DNA of 64,000 nt from Pseudobdellovibrionaceae bacterium (GTDB taxonomy: Bacteria > Bdellovibrionota > Bdellovibrionia > Bdellovibrionales > Bdellovibrionaceae): the NCBI GenBank assembly GCA_013359135.1, contig JABWCN010000002.1, positions 50,253 to 114,252 on the forward strand. The letters are read 5' to 3'. Position numbers and translations under genes: made by a program. This document shows, piece after piece, positions 18,432 through 28,481 of the stretch. The notes under the pieces were generated by a model. That model saw only the letters and a list, made by a program, of their open reading frames with translations. It had not been told where the DNA came from and did no database searches. Positions within the stretch are counted from its first letter, which is position 1. Each line of letters opens with the position of its first letter.

Positions 18432-19346
18432 ATGGGAGCAAAGTCGGATGTTGTTGTTAAATTAATTTTGGTATTTTTTATTTCGCTACTGTCGTTTGCA
18501 ATTGGAACATTTGTGGGAAAAAAATATAGCGATAATCAATATAAATTGGCAAAACTAGAGCCAGAAGCCAAAGAAACTCATGGAGCTGATAAGCATGCAG
18601 AGAGAAGTGTCGCTTCTGCTGAAGGTGATAAAACCGGGCATGGAGAACAGGGAAATACTCATGAGGCAAAATCAGAAATGATTAGTGATGATGAGATAAA
18701 AAAATTGACCGATGAGACTTTGAAAAAAGAAGAGTTTGTTGCTGATGATTCAGCAGAAAAAAATGCTACTACCAAGCACGATGGACATGCGGTAAATCAT
18801 GAAACACCTGAAGTTAAGAAAGCAGCTACGCATGAGAGTACTCACGCAGAAGTGGCTAAATCAGAAAAAACTCACGTAGAAAGTCCTAAAAAGACAACAG
18901 AAGTTAAAAAAGAGCATGCTGCACCTACAGTTGGACACGGACAAAATTCTAAAAATGAAACTTCTAAAGGAGCAGAAGGTCATGATGAAGCTCTAGCCGC
19001 AGCGCAAGCTTTTTTAGATGGAAAAGCTCCTGAAGTTAAAGAAGAGATAAAAAAAGAAACTAGGCTTCCTTCAAGCCTTCCCAAAGATGTGGCGCAATAT
19101 GCAGTGGGAAAATTCACTGTACAGGTTGCTTCTTATGCAGAGAAAGTGGATGCAGAAAAAAAATCTACTAAATTAAAAGAGATGGGTTATCAAACAAACA
19201 TCTTCACTGCTCTAGTCAATGGTAAAACTTGGTACCGTGTTTCTTTTGGTCTGTTTGCTACCCAAGAAGAAGCCCTGTCTGAAAAAGCTAAATTTCTTGA
19301 AAAAAATAAAACAGAATCTGCACTTGTACAAAAAATTAAAAATTAA
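18432..19346 (+). CDS. SPOR-domain cell-division protein with a K/E/H-rich repetitive linker
   Basis: N-terminal transmembrane helix, then a long charged low-complexity region with His-containing repeats, then a C-terminal SPOR fold (FTVQVASYAEKVDAEKKSTKLKEMGYQ...WYRVSFGLFATQEEA). Confidence 0.7.
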   Translation: MGAKSDVVVKLILVFFISLLSFAIGTFVGKKYSDNQYKLAKLEPEAKETHGADKHAERSVASAEGDKTGHGEQGNTHEAKSEMISDDEIKKLTDETLKKEEFVADDSAEKNATTKHDGHAVNHETPEVKKAATHESTHAEVAKSEKTHVESPKKTTEVKKEHAAPTVGHGQNSKNETSKGAEGHDEALAAAQAFLDGKAPEVKEEIKKETRLPSSLPKDVAQYAVGKFTVQVASYAEKVDAEKKSTKLKEMGYQTNIFTALVNGKTWYRVSFGLFATQEEALSEKAKFLEKNKTESALVQKIKN

Positions 19347-19352
19347 TATGAT

Positions 19353-20894
19353 TTGGAGATGAAAATAAAAAATCATCTCCAAAGATATTCCATTTCTACT
19401 CTTAGTCTTTTTAGTTTGTTCTTTTCCACATTAATCATTGCTTCCAATGCTCAGGCAGCCAATGCAACTATAAGTACCACTAGACCTAAACTAGTGGTAT
19501 TTTTAGTTTTCGATCAGTTACGTGCTGATTATTTATTGAAATATAAAGAAGAATTCGTAAAAAACTCAAGCTCAAAGCTTGGTGGGTTTAACTATCTACT
19601 AGAAAATGGCTCCTACTACCCATATGCAGAATACAATGTATTGCAAAATATGACTTGTCCCGGACATGCAATGATTTCAACGGGTTCTTGGCCTATTAAT
19701 ACTGGAATTAGTTTAAATGAGTGGTACGATAAAGAAACAAAAAAAACGGTCTACTGTGTTGAGGATGAAAAGTATGATAGATCTCCACGACGATTAGCAA
19801 CGACTACGTTAAGTGATGAGTTTAAGGCTTTAGATATTCCAAGTAAGGTCTTTGGGGTTGCTCTTAAGGACAGATCTGGAATTATGCTTTCTGGGCGTAA
19901 AGCAGATGGTGTTTTTTGGTTTAATGAAAAAAATTGGCAGTGGGAAACTAGTAAGTTTTATAAAGATTTACCAACTTGGATGGGTCCCTATAATTCAAAA
20001 ATTAGCAAAATCAAGGGTGAGAAAAAGTGGTTAGCTTCTAAATGGGGAGTCGAAGCAACTATAAATTTAGGGCAAGAAATTATTCTCAATGAAAAACTAG
20101 GAAAAAATAAGGGTACAGATTTTTTGTTCATGAGTTTTTCAACTCATGATATTGCTGGGCATACCTATGGACCAAACTCAAAAGAAATGAAAGAATTAAC
20201 ACTTGCCGAAGACCTACAAATTGCAAGGTTTATGAATTTCATGAGGTCTAAATTTCAGCTTTCTAAAGATGTTTTATTTGTTTTAACTGCAGATCATGGG
20301 ATTCCAGCTTCGATAGAGTATTCAAACTTAAATAAAGTGGAAGCTGAGTTTATCAATGAAATTGAAGTGATTGAAAAAATATATTCTGAACTAAATAAAA
20401 TGTATTCGCCAAAAGAAAAGCAGGAGTGGTTTAGTTCATTTAAATCATTACACTATTACGCTAATGATGTTGTTTTAGAAAAGCTTAGCATAAATAAAAA
20501 AGAGTTCCTCGAGACTTGTAGGAAAATTATTCTTAAGCAAAATCAACTGGAAGAAGTATTAATTCCTTCGAGCTTTACTATAGAGAAAATCATAAATCCG
20601 CAGTTAAGAGCTCAAGTAGATAATAGTTTTGTAGGCCATCAGTGGGGAGATTTAATTTTAGTTCCAAGACCTTACTCTATGAATAAATCGCAAATTGTCT
20701 TAGTTAATCATTTAACTGGCTATGTGTATGATCGAACTGTTCCTTTGATTTTAGTAGGTGATGCTTTTAGAAGGCAGACTTTTTATCAAAAGGCGTATAT
20801 TGTTGATATTGCTCCAACGGTGTCAGCTGTGTTGCATAGCTTGCCTGGAGCTAAATCAGATGGAAGGATTTTATACGAGACTTTTAGAAACTAA
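19353..20894 (+). CDS. alkaline-phosphatase-superfamily nucleotide pyrophosphatase/phosphodiesterase (type I PDE family), secreted
   Basis: Signal peptide, VVFLVFDQLRADYL near the N-terminus and LTADHG, which are characteristic of the Phosphodiest/NPP family. Confidence 0.65.
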   Translation: MEMKIKNHLQRYSISTLSLFSLFFSTLIIASNAQAANATISTTRPKLVVFLVFDQLRADYLLKYKEEFVKNSSSKLGGFNYLLENGSYYPYAEYNVLQNMTCPGHAMISTGSWPINTGISLNEWYDKETKKTVYCVEDEKYDRSPRRLATTTLSDEFKALDIPSKVFGVALKDRSGIMLSGRKADGVFWFNEKNWQWETSKFYKDLPTWMGPYNSKISKIKGEKKWLASKWGVEATINLGQEIILNEKLGKNKGTDFLFMSFSTHDIAGHTYGPNSKEMKELTLAEDLQIARFMNFMRSKFQLSKDVLFVLTADHGIPASIEYSNLNKVEAEFINEIEVIEKIYSELNKMYSPKEKQEWFSSFKSLHYYANDVVLEKLSINKKEFLETCRKIILKQNQLEEVLIPSSFTIEKIINPQLRAQVDNSFVGHQWGDLILVPRPYSMNKSQIVLVNHLTGYVYDRTVPLILVGDAFRRQTFYQKAYIVDIAPTVSAVLHSLPGAKSDGRILYETFRN

Positions 20895-21423
20895 AACCAG
20901 TTCTTAAAATCATTTCAGGAGTTGGTTGGGGTCGGTAGTCTTTGGCTTCAAGTAAGCGAAAGTCAATCTGACCAGTAAAAAATTTAAAATGAAACTGCAA
21001 GGATATTAAACCTGATAAGAAAAGAGTATTATTTGTTTTATCAGTGATCTCTTGATCTAAATATCGAGTGACAAGTTTGGCATTGTAAAATCCGCTTCCA
21101 AGTCCAAGATAAAGTGAAAAATAAGAATTTAAACGATGAGCTTCATATAGATAGCTGACATGATATTCTTGTGTAGTTTCGTCAAAGTTTATTGTTTGAT
21201 TACCTGATGAGTTTTGATATTCCACATGTTCTAAAAGCAATTGGTGTCGTTCATAATTAGTAGAAAAAGATAGATTTTTAAACTGATTGAATTGGTATTC
21301 TCCATTAGAAATTTCGACGTACCGATAGTCAAAATTAAAAGGAAAAAGTGTTACCTTTAGTTCTTGTGCTGAACATAACGAACTTATAATAAAAAAAATC
21401 ACTAAAAAATAATTTAACTTCAT
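20884..21423 (-). CDS. small outer-membrane beta-barrel protein
   Basis: 179 aa with a signal peptide, alternating hydrophobic pattern and C-terminal ...RTGFSF. Confidence 0.45.
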   Translation of the reverse strand: MKLNYFLVIFFIISSLCSAQELKVTLFPFNFDYRYVEISNGEYQFNQFKNLSFSTNYERHQLLLEHVEYQNSSGNQTINFDETTQEYHVSYLYEAHRLNSYFSLYLGLGSGFYNAKLVTRYLDQEITDKTNNTLFLSGLISLQFHFKFFTGQIDFRLLEAKDYRPQPTPEMILRTGFSF

Positions 21424-21445
21424 GTGATTTATTTCCTAATTTCTT

Positions 21446-22855
21446 TTAATCGTTTTCTTTGGGTTTGATCTCATATTTATTTTCAATTTCATTTTGAATA
21501 CAAGTGTTACTATTAGCTATTTGGTTCAAAGTAGTGGTCGAGTTATTAGTCGTAAATTTAATAGCATTAAGAATGAATTCACATTCTATAGCATTTTTAA
21601 TCATAAATGTTTTTGAAAATTTAATAAGCACATCCTGTGGTGATGGTAGGTCTTCATAGTTTAAAGAGATTTGACTATTTGCTAGATCGTTCCCCCAGCC
21701 GGAAATGAGTTGAAAAATACTCTTTGAGACTTCTAATTTCGCCTCATCGAGGGAAATTTTTCTATTTGTCGCAACGAAATTAGTCAGTTCTTTGTAAAAC
21801 AATCCAACTCGAGTACCTATTTCATAGGAAAGCGTATTATAGTATACTTCTTTGACTTCGGGATCTGCTGAAATCACAAATACCGAAGATAAAATTTCTG
21901 ATTTTGAATGCAAGGCGGGTCGTTCTAAGTTTTGAGACTTAAGTTCCAGAGTCCTATTGGTAGGAGTTTCTTTAATCGAGTGACTAATGAAGTTAATGTC
22001 ATTTGTGTAAGACCACCCCCAAAAATCAGCGATACCTTCGTTGTATCCTTTTAAAAGTACTCTAAAGTAATCATAGACAGAATCTTCGGTGAGTTGTGCT
22101 AAGTCAGTTTTAGCTAAAATAGATTTTCCTTTGTTAGTAAATTCTGTGGAAGCAAGCAAAGGTTTCATTGAAATATTCAACACTCCAGATCTTGAGTTTT
22201 TACTTAGTGCAAGAATTTTTTCATCCATTTTTTTGAAAAATGGATTTTCATTTATTTTTAATTGAATAGTTTTGTAAAAAAGAGAATGAAAATATTCATG
22301 TGCAAACACGCCTGCATTTAATGCTAGGGGTAGATCTTGATCGGTATATTTGAGAAAAATTATGGCATCAGTTTTACCTTCGTAAAGGGCATTGTTGTCT
22401 TTATAACCTTTACCATTGATTTGTGTGTTGAGGATGATTTTTCTTGGCAAAGTATTTATTTTTTCGGCCCCAATTTTTTGATCCCAAAGAGCTAGATTTT
22501 GAGTGTGATAATAAATGGAAGCGAGGTTTGTTGATAATTCATCTTTAGGAATAAAAACTCCACTTTTAGTTTTCAAAAAGTGAGCTCTGGGTTGTATTCC
22601 TTTCAGTTCGTCGTTCTCTTTGTATGCCTTAGTATAAAAACGAGCGAATTTTCCACTGAGGCTAGTGAGATCAAAAATATTAAGTAACTCTATAACCTCA
22701 AATTTATATTTTTCAGGAATTAATGGATCCACAGTAAGTAATCTAACGCGAATTTTCCCTTTTTCGGAATCGCTATCAGGATTAAAGCTTTTACCACATG
22801 ATAGCGTCGTAACCATAGCTAGACTTAAAAAAAGAGAATAAATAATTTTAGTCAT
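21446..22855 (-). CDS. lipoprotein, putative HExxH zinc metallopeptidase
   Basis: Signal peptide ending in a lipobox-like TLSCGKS. It has one HEYFH (HExxH) motif and no other recognisable domain. Confidence 0.4.
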   Translation of the reverse strand: MTKIIYSLFLSLAMVTTLSCGKSFNPDSDSEKGKIRVRLLTVDPLIPEKYKFEVIELLNIFDLTSLSGKFARFYTKAYKENDELKGIQPRAHFLKTKSGVFIPKDELSTNLASIYYHTQNLALWDQKIGAEKINTLPRKIILNTQINGKGYKDNNALYEGKTDAIIFLKYTDQDLPLALNAGVFAHEYFHSLFYKTIQLKINENPFFKKMDEKILALSKNSRSGVLNISMKPLLASTEFTNKGKSILAKTDLAQLTEDSVYDYFRVLLKGYNEGIADFWGWSYTNDINFISHSIKETPTNRTLELKSQNLERPALHSKSEILSSVFVISADPEVKEVYYNTLSYEIGTRVGLFYKELTNFVATNRKISLDEAKLEVSKSIFQLISGWGNDLANSQISLNYEDLPSPQDVLIKFSKTFMIKNAIECEFILNAIKFTTNNSTTTLNQIANSNTCIQNEIENKYEIKPKEND

Positions 22856-23083
22856 TGATTTCCTTAATAATTAAAAGAACGAATAGACGGTATCCTATTT
22901 GGTTTAGTTCTACATTTTTTTATTTAAAAAAGCTACTTGTGTACAACAAATAGTTTTTTGTCAAAAAGTAGAACAGGCAAAAATTGTCATTCTGTCTATT
23001 TCACTACAGTGGTAAAAATTTCAAATACTGTTAATATAGTATTCACAGGCACTAAGTAAAAGTTTATTTAAGGAGTAAGCCTT

Positions 23084-23857
23084 ATGAAAAAAAAAGCACT
23101 CAGATACCTATTATATATCGCATGCTGTCTGGGGCAGACTTTTCCTGTAAGCGTAAAAGCAGGTAGCAGTTATTTATGTGGAAGCCATTACACTCATAGC
23201 ACCAGGGAACTCAGCCTGACGCAAAAGATGTTAACTCAGTTTAATTCGGTTGAAAATGTTTCTTTATCCTTATTTGTTGCTGATTTTTTAAGTAAAAGTT
23301 TTGAGCAAATTTATTCTCCATTTTATGAACAAGCAGAAAGATCAAGAAAAGTCGTTGACCAAGAAAGTTTGATTGCTGCGATGAAAAATTTTGATAAAAG
23401 TCAGGGATCTACTCAGCAGATTTTGAGCTCAAAGTTAATTGAGGCAAAGAGTTTAGCAAAGCTTAATTTAAATGAAGATTTGTACTTTGTAAGTCAGATG
23501 GATGGATTTGTTTTAGAAATGAAAGAGATGAAAGGCTATTTTGAGTCCAAACAGGGCTATAAGTTTTCGGAAAGTAAAAAAGTAATACTTGAAATTGAGA
23601 ATATGATAAAAAAAGTTGGAATTATATTAACTGTGGCGAAAAATTCTGTACACTTAAATAGAAATATTTTGATCACCACAGTGAGTATGCAAACGGCCTT
23701 AACAGCTGCAGCTGTGAAACAAGGCTATCTGTCCCTTAAACCAACTCTTGATAATATGAAAGCTTTAATTGAAGGAGCAGCTGATTCAGGAGGACCTGTT
23801 GATATGACTTTTACTGGAGCAAGTGATGGAGTCATTGGAAATGATTCTAAGAAGTAA
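23084..23857 (+). CDS. secreted hypothetical protein
   Basis: 257 aa with an N-terminal signal peptide (MKKKALRYLLYIACCLGQTFPVSVKA). Mostly helical and low-complexity. I recognise no domain. Confidence 0.4.
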   Translation: MKKKALRYLLYIACCLGQTFPVSVKAGSSYLCGSHYTHSTRELSLTQKMLTQFNSVENVSLSLFVADFLSKSFEQIYSPFYEQAERSRKVVDQESLIAAMKNFDKSQGSTQQILSSKLIEAKSLAKLNLNEDLYFVSQMDGFVLEMKEMKGYFESKQGYKFSESKKVILEIENMIKKVGIILTVAKNSVHLNRNILITTVSMQTALTAAAVKQGYLSLKPTLDNMKALIEGAADSGGPVDMTFTGASDGVIGNDSKK

Positions 23858-24016
23858 AAGATAGCAAAAATATTTTATTATTCTTTGAAGTTTAAAATAT
23901 TTTAAAGTTAGTCGAGAATCATAGGATAGGCTTTTTCCCTTGTTAAGAAATATTTAGTTGAGTTTAAGATTTGGCTGTTAGTAAAATAATATTCTATTAT
24001 GTATAGGAGAAAGAAA

Positions 24017-24376
24017 ATGGCCAATTATATAGATGGTTTTGTAATTCCAATTAAAAAGAAAAATCTGAAAGATTATAAAAAAATGGCTGCTTTGGGCTGT
24101 AAATTATGGACAGAATATGGTGCACTTTCTTATTACGAGTGTGTTGGAGATGATTTGAAAGTAAACTGGGGATTAACTTTTCCGCGTATGTGTAAATTAA
24201 AAGCTGATGAGACTGCTATATTTGCTTTCATTGTATTTAAATCAAAGGCTCATCGTGATAAGGTTAATTTGCAGGTTATGAAGGATCCTCGGATGAATAT
24301 GGAAAATGTGAAAATACCATTTGATATGAAAAGATTTGCTATGGGTGGATTTAAAACATTAGTTCACTCTAAATAG
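24017..24376 (+). CDS. DUF1428 (YbaA-like) family protein
   Basis: MANYIDGFVIPIKKKNLKDYKKMA...YYECVGDD matches the conserved DUF1428 N-terminus. The track ORF begins 18 nt upstream, at 23999. Confidence 0.65.
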   Translation: MANYIDGFVIPIKKKNLKDYKKMAALGCKLWTEYGALSYYECVGDDLKVNWGLTFPRMCKLKADETAIFAFIVFKSKAHRDKVNLQVMKDPRMNMENVKIPFDMKRFAMGGFKTLVHSK

Positions 24377-24402
24377 TTTAGATTGATAGGGTGTACTTAG
24401 AG

Positions 24403-24798
24403 TTATTTAAAAACAATTGTTTTTCCAATGGGAGCTAATGAGATTTTGGCAAGCTTTAGATGTTGAAGGGCAAAGGGAATCCCAATGAGTGTGATTCCTA
24501 AAATGATAGCCCAACCTAAGTGAACTAAAGCCAGCCACCAGCCACAAAATACAAACCACAATATATTGCCAATAAATCCAAAAAATCCAGTCCCAATATC
24601 CGCCCCACTGATTTGTTCACGACTTCTGACTTGGGACCCAAAGGGCCATAAATTCAGCACGCCAATATTAAAAGCAGCACGAGCCCATGGAATACCAACA
24701 ATAGAAACAACCATAAAAAAAGACGAAACAAACCACGAAAAAGCGGTTGTCCAACCCCCAAGAAATAGCCAAAGTAAATTCAAAATAAAATTTATCAT
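24403..24798 (-). CDS. YccF/DUF307 family inner-membrane protein
   Basis: 131 aa. The pattern GGWTTAFSWFVSSFFMVVSIVGIPW ... NILWFVFCGWWLALVHLGWAIILGITLIGIPF resembles E. coli YccF. Confidence 0.65.
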   Translation of the reverse strand: MINFILNLLWLFLGGWTTAFSWFVSSFFMVVSIVGIPWARAAFNIGVLNLWPFGSQVRSREQISGADIGTGFFGFIGNILWFVFCGWWLALVHLGWAIILGITLIGIPFALQHLKLAKISLAPIGKTIVFK

Positions 24799-24887
24799 AG
24801 ATTTTATCTTCCCATGGCTACTTCATAAAAACCAGCTTTTAAAAACCTCATGCTCTAACAAAAAGTGGAATGACAAAAACAAGCTAT

Positions 24888-25448
24888 CTAAATCAGCAAA
24901 GTAGTTTGAATCCAATCAGAATCAAACAGATTGCCAACGTTCATATTTTTTTTCTCGCTGTCTTCACGAAGGAAAGTAAGAAGTAAAGAAATAAGGTCAT
25001 CAGTGGTGATGATTCCAACAAGTTCTTGATCTTCATCTACTACAAGGACAGAGGAAATTTTATCATGTAACATCTTGTGAACGACCTGCTCTAGGTTCTC
25101 TTTTTTTGAAACAGTTTTTACTGGCCAATTCATGTATTCTCTGACAACAGCTTCTGCTGAAAATTGTGTGTATTCAGCAGGTACTAGATGGTCTTTAGAG
25201 TAATCAGATCTCATGGCCCTGAGAAGATCCCTTTCTGAAAGCATTCCGACGATGACGGAATCGTCATTTCTGACTGGTAGATGTCTAATGCTATTTTTTT
25301 TCATCAATTCAAAGGCGTTTGTTAAAGAAGCCTTCCAATCTATGGTGATTAATTTATTTGTCATGGTATCTTTGGCTTGGTAACTCATAAATCCCCCTTC
25401 TGATAGTTTTATTGTCCCCCTGAACTTGCAAAAAAACATGACAATCAT
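24888..25448 (-). CDS. CBS-pair domain protein
   Basis: Two CBS motifs (IRHLPV...GMLSERDLLRAM; ISSVLVVD...VGIITTDDLI). The more likely start is Met-21 (about 25388). Confidence 0.7.
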   Translation of the reverse strand: MIVMFFCKFRGTIKLSEGGFMSYQAKDTMTNKLITIDWKASLTNAFELMKKNSIRHLPVRNDDSVIVGMLSERDLLRAMRSDYSKDHLVPAEYTQFSAEAVVREYMNWPVKTVSKKENLEQVVHKMLHDKISSVLVVDEDQELVGIITTDDLISLLLTFLREDSEKKNMNVGNLFDSDWIQTTLLI

Positions 25449-25497
25449 CAGGTTACGCTATGTTTAAACCAGTTGTGACAGGTTATTCCAATGACAG

Positions 25498-27849
25498 TTG
25501 AGGGGAAAGCATATAAAAAGTGGACCAACTATGACAACATATGATAACGTAAAAAATGGACACATTTTAGAAACTCTAACCTCTAAACTTAACCCTCCAC
25601 AGCGAGAAGCTGTTTTAAAGATGGAAGGTCCTTTGTTGATTTTAGCAGGTGCAGGTTCAGGTAAGACACGTGTACTAACACATCGTTTGGCGGCCATAGT
25701 AGCTTCAGGAAAAGCTGCTGGAGATGAAATCCTTTGTGTGACCTTTACTAACAAAGCGGCGCGTGAAATGGAAAGTCGAATTTACCAGCTTCTTTCTGAT
25801 TTGGGATTAATTATTAGAGGTGATCTTTGGATTAATACATTCCATAGTTTTTGTGTAAGAATTTTAAAAAAGCATTTGACGCTTTTGGATTACAAACCAT
25901 TTTTTACAATTTATGATTCTTCAGATCAGCTATCTCAACTAAAGAGAGTCTGTCAGCAGTTAAATATTAATGACAAAATTTATCCTGCTAAAAATTTTCA
26001 ATCAAGAATCAGTTTTGCTAAAATGAATGGTCTTACACCAGAAACTTTGGCCAAAGGAAATAGATCCCTTATGGATTTAAAAACTTTGGAGGTTTTTCGT
26101 GCCTACGAAATGGAAATGAAAAAAGCGAATGCCCTTGATTTTGATGATCTTTTACTTAAGACCCATGAGCTTTTTGTAATGTACCCTGATCTATTGAAAG
26201 AATATCAGCAAAAATTTAAATTCATTATGGTTGATGAGTATCAAGATACCAATCACATACAATATTTGATAGTGAAATTATTAGCTCAAGCCCATAGAAA
26301 TCTGTGTGTTGTTGGAGATGAGGATCAGTCTATATATAGCTGGCGAGGAGCTGATATAAAAAATATCTTGGATTTTGAGCAAGATTTTACAGAGGCCAAA
26401 GTTGTTAAACTTGAAGAAAACTATCGCTCTACTCATAATATTGTGCAGGCGGCCACTGCAGTTATAAAAAATAATTCGCAAAGAAAAGATAAAACTCTTT
26501 TTACTAATAACAAAGTGGGTGAGCTTATTTATGTGCAAGAAGAGCGAAATGAATATGATGAAGCTAAGTTTGTTGTGAAGACAATACAAACGATGATTAA
26601 TGAGGGCGAAGGGACCTATCAAGATTATGCTATTTTCTATCGTACAAACGCGCAATCGCGTGTTTTAGAAGAGCAGTTAAGAACGTCGTCTATACCTTAT
26701 CGACTTGTTGGTGGTGTTAGATTTTATGAACGAATGGAGATCAAAGATATTCTTGGCTACTTGAAGTTAAGTTTGAATCCTGCTGATGATTTAGCAGCAA
26801 AAAGAATTATTAACGTCCCCACTCGAGGTATTGGAAAAACTACTGTAGAAAAAATTGAAGCGTTAGGATTTGAAAGTAAGTTGACCTTTTTGGATGCTAT
26901 TCAAAAAGCTATTGATACCAAAATTTTTAATGCCGGAACTACTAGTAAATTAAGACGATTTTTGGATCTAGTAATTGAACTACGAGATGATTCATTACAT
27001 TATAAACTTAACGACTTTTATCATTTGGTTTTAGAGAAGTCAGAATACTTAAAGGCATTAAAAGCCGAAGACACTACGGAGGCTGAAGCTAGAATCCAAA
27101 ACTTAGAAGAGTTTGATAATGCCATTGCTCAATTTATAAAAGAACGAGGAGAAGAAAGTTCCTTACAAACTTTTTTAGAGGAAATGGCCTTGGTTTCCGA
27201 TGCTGATCAGTTGAATCAAGAAGTGAATTCTGTTACATTAATGACCTTACATATTTCTAAAGGTCTTGAATTTCCCTATGTTTTTATTGTGGGACTAGAA
27301 GAAAGTTTATTTCCAAGTTTGCGTGGAGATGATGATTCTGTAGATGATATGGAAGAAGAAAGACGATTGGCCTATGTAGGAATGACTCGGGCAAGGGTGA
27401 AGTTATTTTTAACCTATGCTCGCACAAGGAAAATTTGGGGGCAAGATCAGACAAATCCACCTTCCAGATTTTTAAAGGAAATTCCTAAGGAACTGGTGAA
27501 CTTTAAAGCTACAGCAATGAATTCTTTTTTTCAAAAGTATGGCCAAAGTCACTTTAACTCTCAGTACTCTTCAGAAAACTCAGGAGGATTTTACTCCGAA
27601 AAGAAGTCCTCCAAAGGAAGTGACTTTGATTTTGAAAGTCAATCTTTTCCAGATGAGGAAAGTTATTCCGCTAATTCGGGACGTGGAAAGTCCTACGCAA
27701 AAGGTATGCGAGTTAAACATCCTACTTTTGGAATAGGTTCAGTTTTTGAAACTGAGGGTTCTGGAGAGATGTTGAAAGTGAGCGTTCTTTTTTCAGATCA
27801 AACGATTAAAAAATTTGTTGTTAAATACGCTCGTTTAGAAATAGTATAG
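25498..27849 (+). CDS. uvrD: ATP-dependent DNA helicase UvrD/PcrA
   Basis: Walker A AGAGSGKTRVLTHR, DEYQDTN, helicase motifs throughout, and a C-terminal disordered linker plus Tudor-like domain. The likely start is 25531 (MTTYDN...). Confidence 0.9.
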   Translation: MRGKHIKSGPTMTTYDNVKNGHILETLTSKLNPPQREAVLKMEGPLLILAGAGSGKTRVLTHRLAAIVASGKAAGDEILCVTFTNKAAREMESRIYQLLSDLGLIIRGDLWINTFHSFCVRILKKHLTLLDYKPFFTIYDSSDQLSQLKRVCQQLNINDKIYPAKNFQSRISFAKMNGLTPETLAKGNRSLMDLKTLEVFRAYEMEMKKANALDFDDLLLKTHELFVMYPDLLKEYQQKFKFIMVDEYQDTNHIQYLIVKLLAQAHRNLCVVGDEDQSIYSWRGADIKNILDFEQDFTEAKVVKLEENYRSTHNIVQAATAVIKNNSQRKDKTLFTNNKVGELIYVQEERNEYDEAKFVVKTIQTMINEGEGTYQDYAIFYRTNAQSRVLEEQLRTSSIPYRLVGGVRFYERMEIKDILGYLKLSLNPADDLAAKRIINVPTRGIGKTTVEKIEALGFESKLTFLDAIQKAIDTKIFNAGTTSKLRRFLDLVIELRDDSLHYKLNDFYHLVLEKSEYLKALKAEDTTEAEARIQNLEEFDNAIAQFIKERGEESSLQTFLEEMALVSDADQLNQEVNSVTLMTLHISKGLEFPYVFIVGLEESLFPSLRGDDDSVDDMEEERRLAYVGMTRARVKLFLTYARTRKIWGQDQTNPPSRFLKEIPKELVNFKATAMNSFFQKYGQSHFNSQYSSENSGGFYSEKKSSKGSDFDFESQSFPDEESYSANSGRGKSYAKGMRVKHPTFGIGSVFETEGSGEMLKVSVLFSDQTIKKFVVKYARLEIV

Positions 27850-27883
27850 TTAGTGAAAACAAAATAATTTAACAGAGGATTTT

Positions 27884-28447
27884 ATGAAAACTTTATGCTC
27901 TTTTTTTCTGATTTTAGCTTTAACTACAATCGTTTCTGCAAAAACAAAAGTGAATTCTTCAAAGAATTCAGCTTTTCAATCGCCAGTGATTGATTCTTAT
28001 TATGGTGGTTTCGAATATGAATTACAGACCTCTTTCTCGGGAGCCTCTTTGAACACTTATAAATCAGGAGGAAGTAATATCACAGAGATTGATGCGGAAG
28101 TGTCTTTGTCCAAATTGATTAAAAATAACATCCAAGCTGGTGGTTATGTTCATTTAAGAAACTTGAGTGGGGGAGACTCTTATAGTTTTTTAGAGTTTTT
28201 AGGTTTTGGAGTGTATAACTTTGATAATGATTTGAAACAGTCTCTTTATGCCAAAGCTGGTCTAGGAATGCTAAACGTTCTGAATGATAAATTTAAAAAT
28301 GAATCAAAATTAGCAATTATGTTTGGTGGAGGAAAGAGAATTTTAGTTCTTGAGAAGTTCACTTATAATCCAGAAGTTAGAGTTACTCTAGTAGATGGCG
28401 CTACTCGAATTCAGTTAATGTTTTTAAATTTTTCTTTATTATTTTAA
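27884..28447 (+). CDS. small outer-membrane beta-barrel protein (OmpW/OmpA-like)
   Basis: 187 aa with a signal peptide, alternating pattern and C-terminal Phe. Confidence 0.45.
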   Translation: MKTLCSFFLILALTTIVSAKTKVNSSKNSAFQSPVIDSYYGGFEYELQTSFSGASLNTYKSGGSNITEIDAEVSLSKLIKNNIQAGGYVHLRNLSGGDSYSFLEFLGFGVYNFDNDLKQSLYAKAGLGMLNVLNDKFKNESKLAIMFGGGKRILVLEKFTYNPEVRVTLVDGATRIQLMFLNFSLLF

Positions 28448-28481
28448 CAATCCTATTAGTATACATGGACTAGTGTGAGTT

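Noticed and set aside
23009-23028. LexA-box-like inverted repeat AATACTGTTAATATAGTATT upstream of the 23084 ORF
   Set aside because: The arms AATACT/AGTATT are palindromic. However, the CTGT-N8-ACAG register of gamma-proteobacterial LexA boxes is not met, and no SOS gene follows.
27480-27849. UvrD low-complexity C-terminal extension
   Set aside because: A disordered linker plus Tudor-like C-terminal domain is a known feature of UvrD/PcrA. It is not novel.
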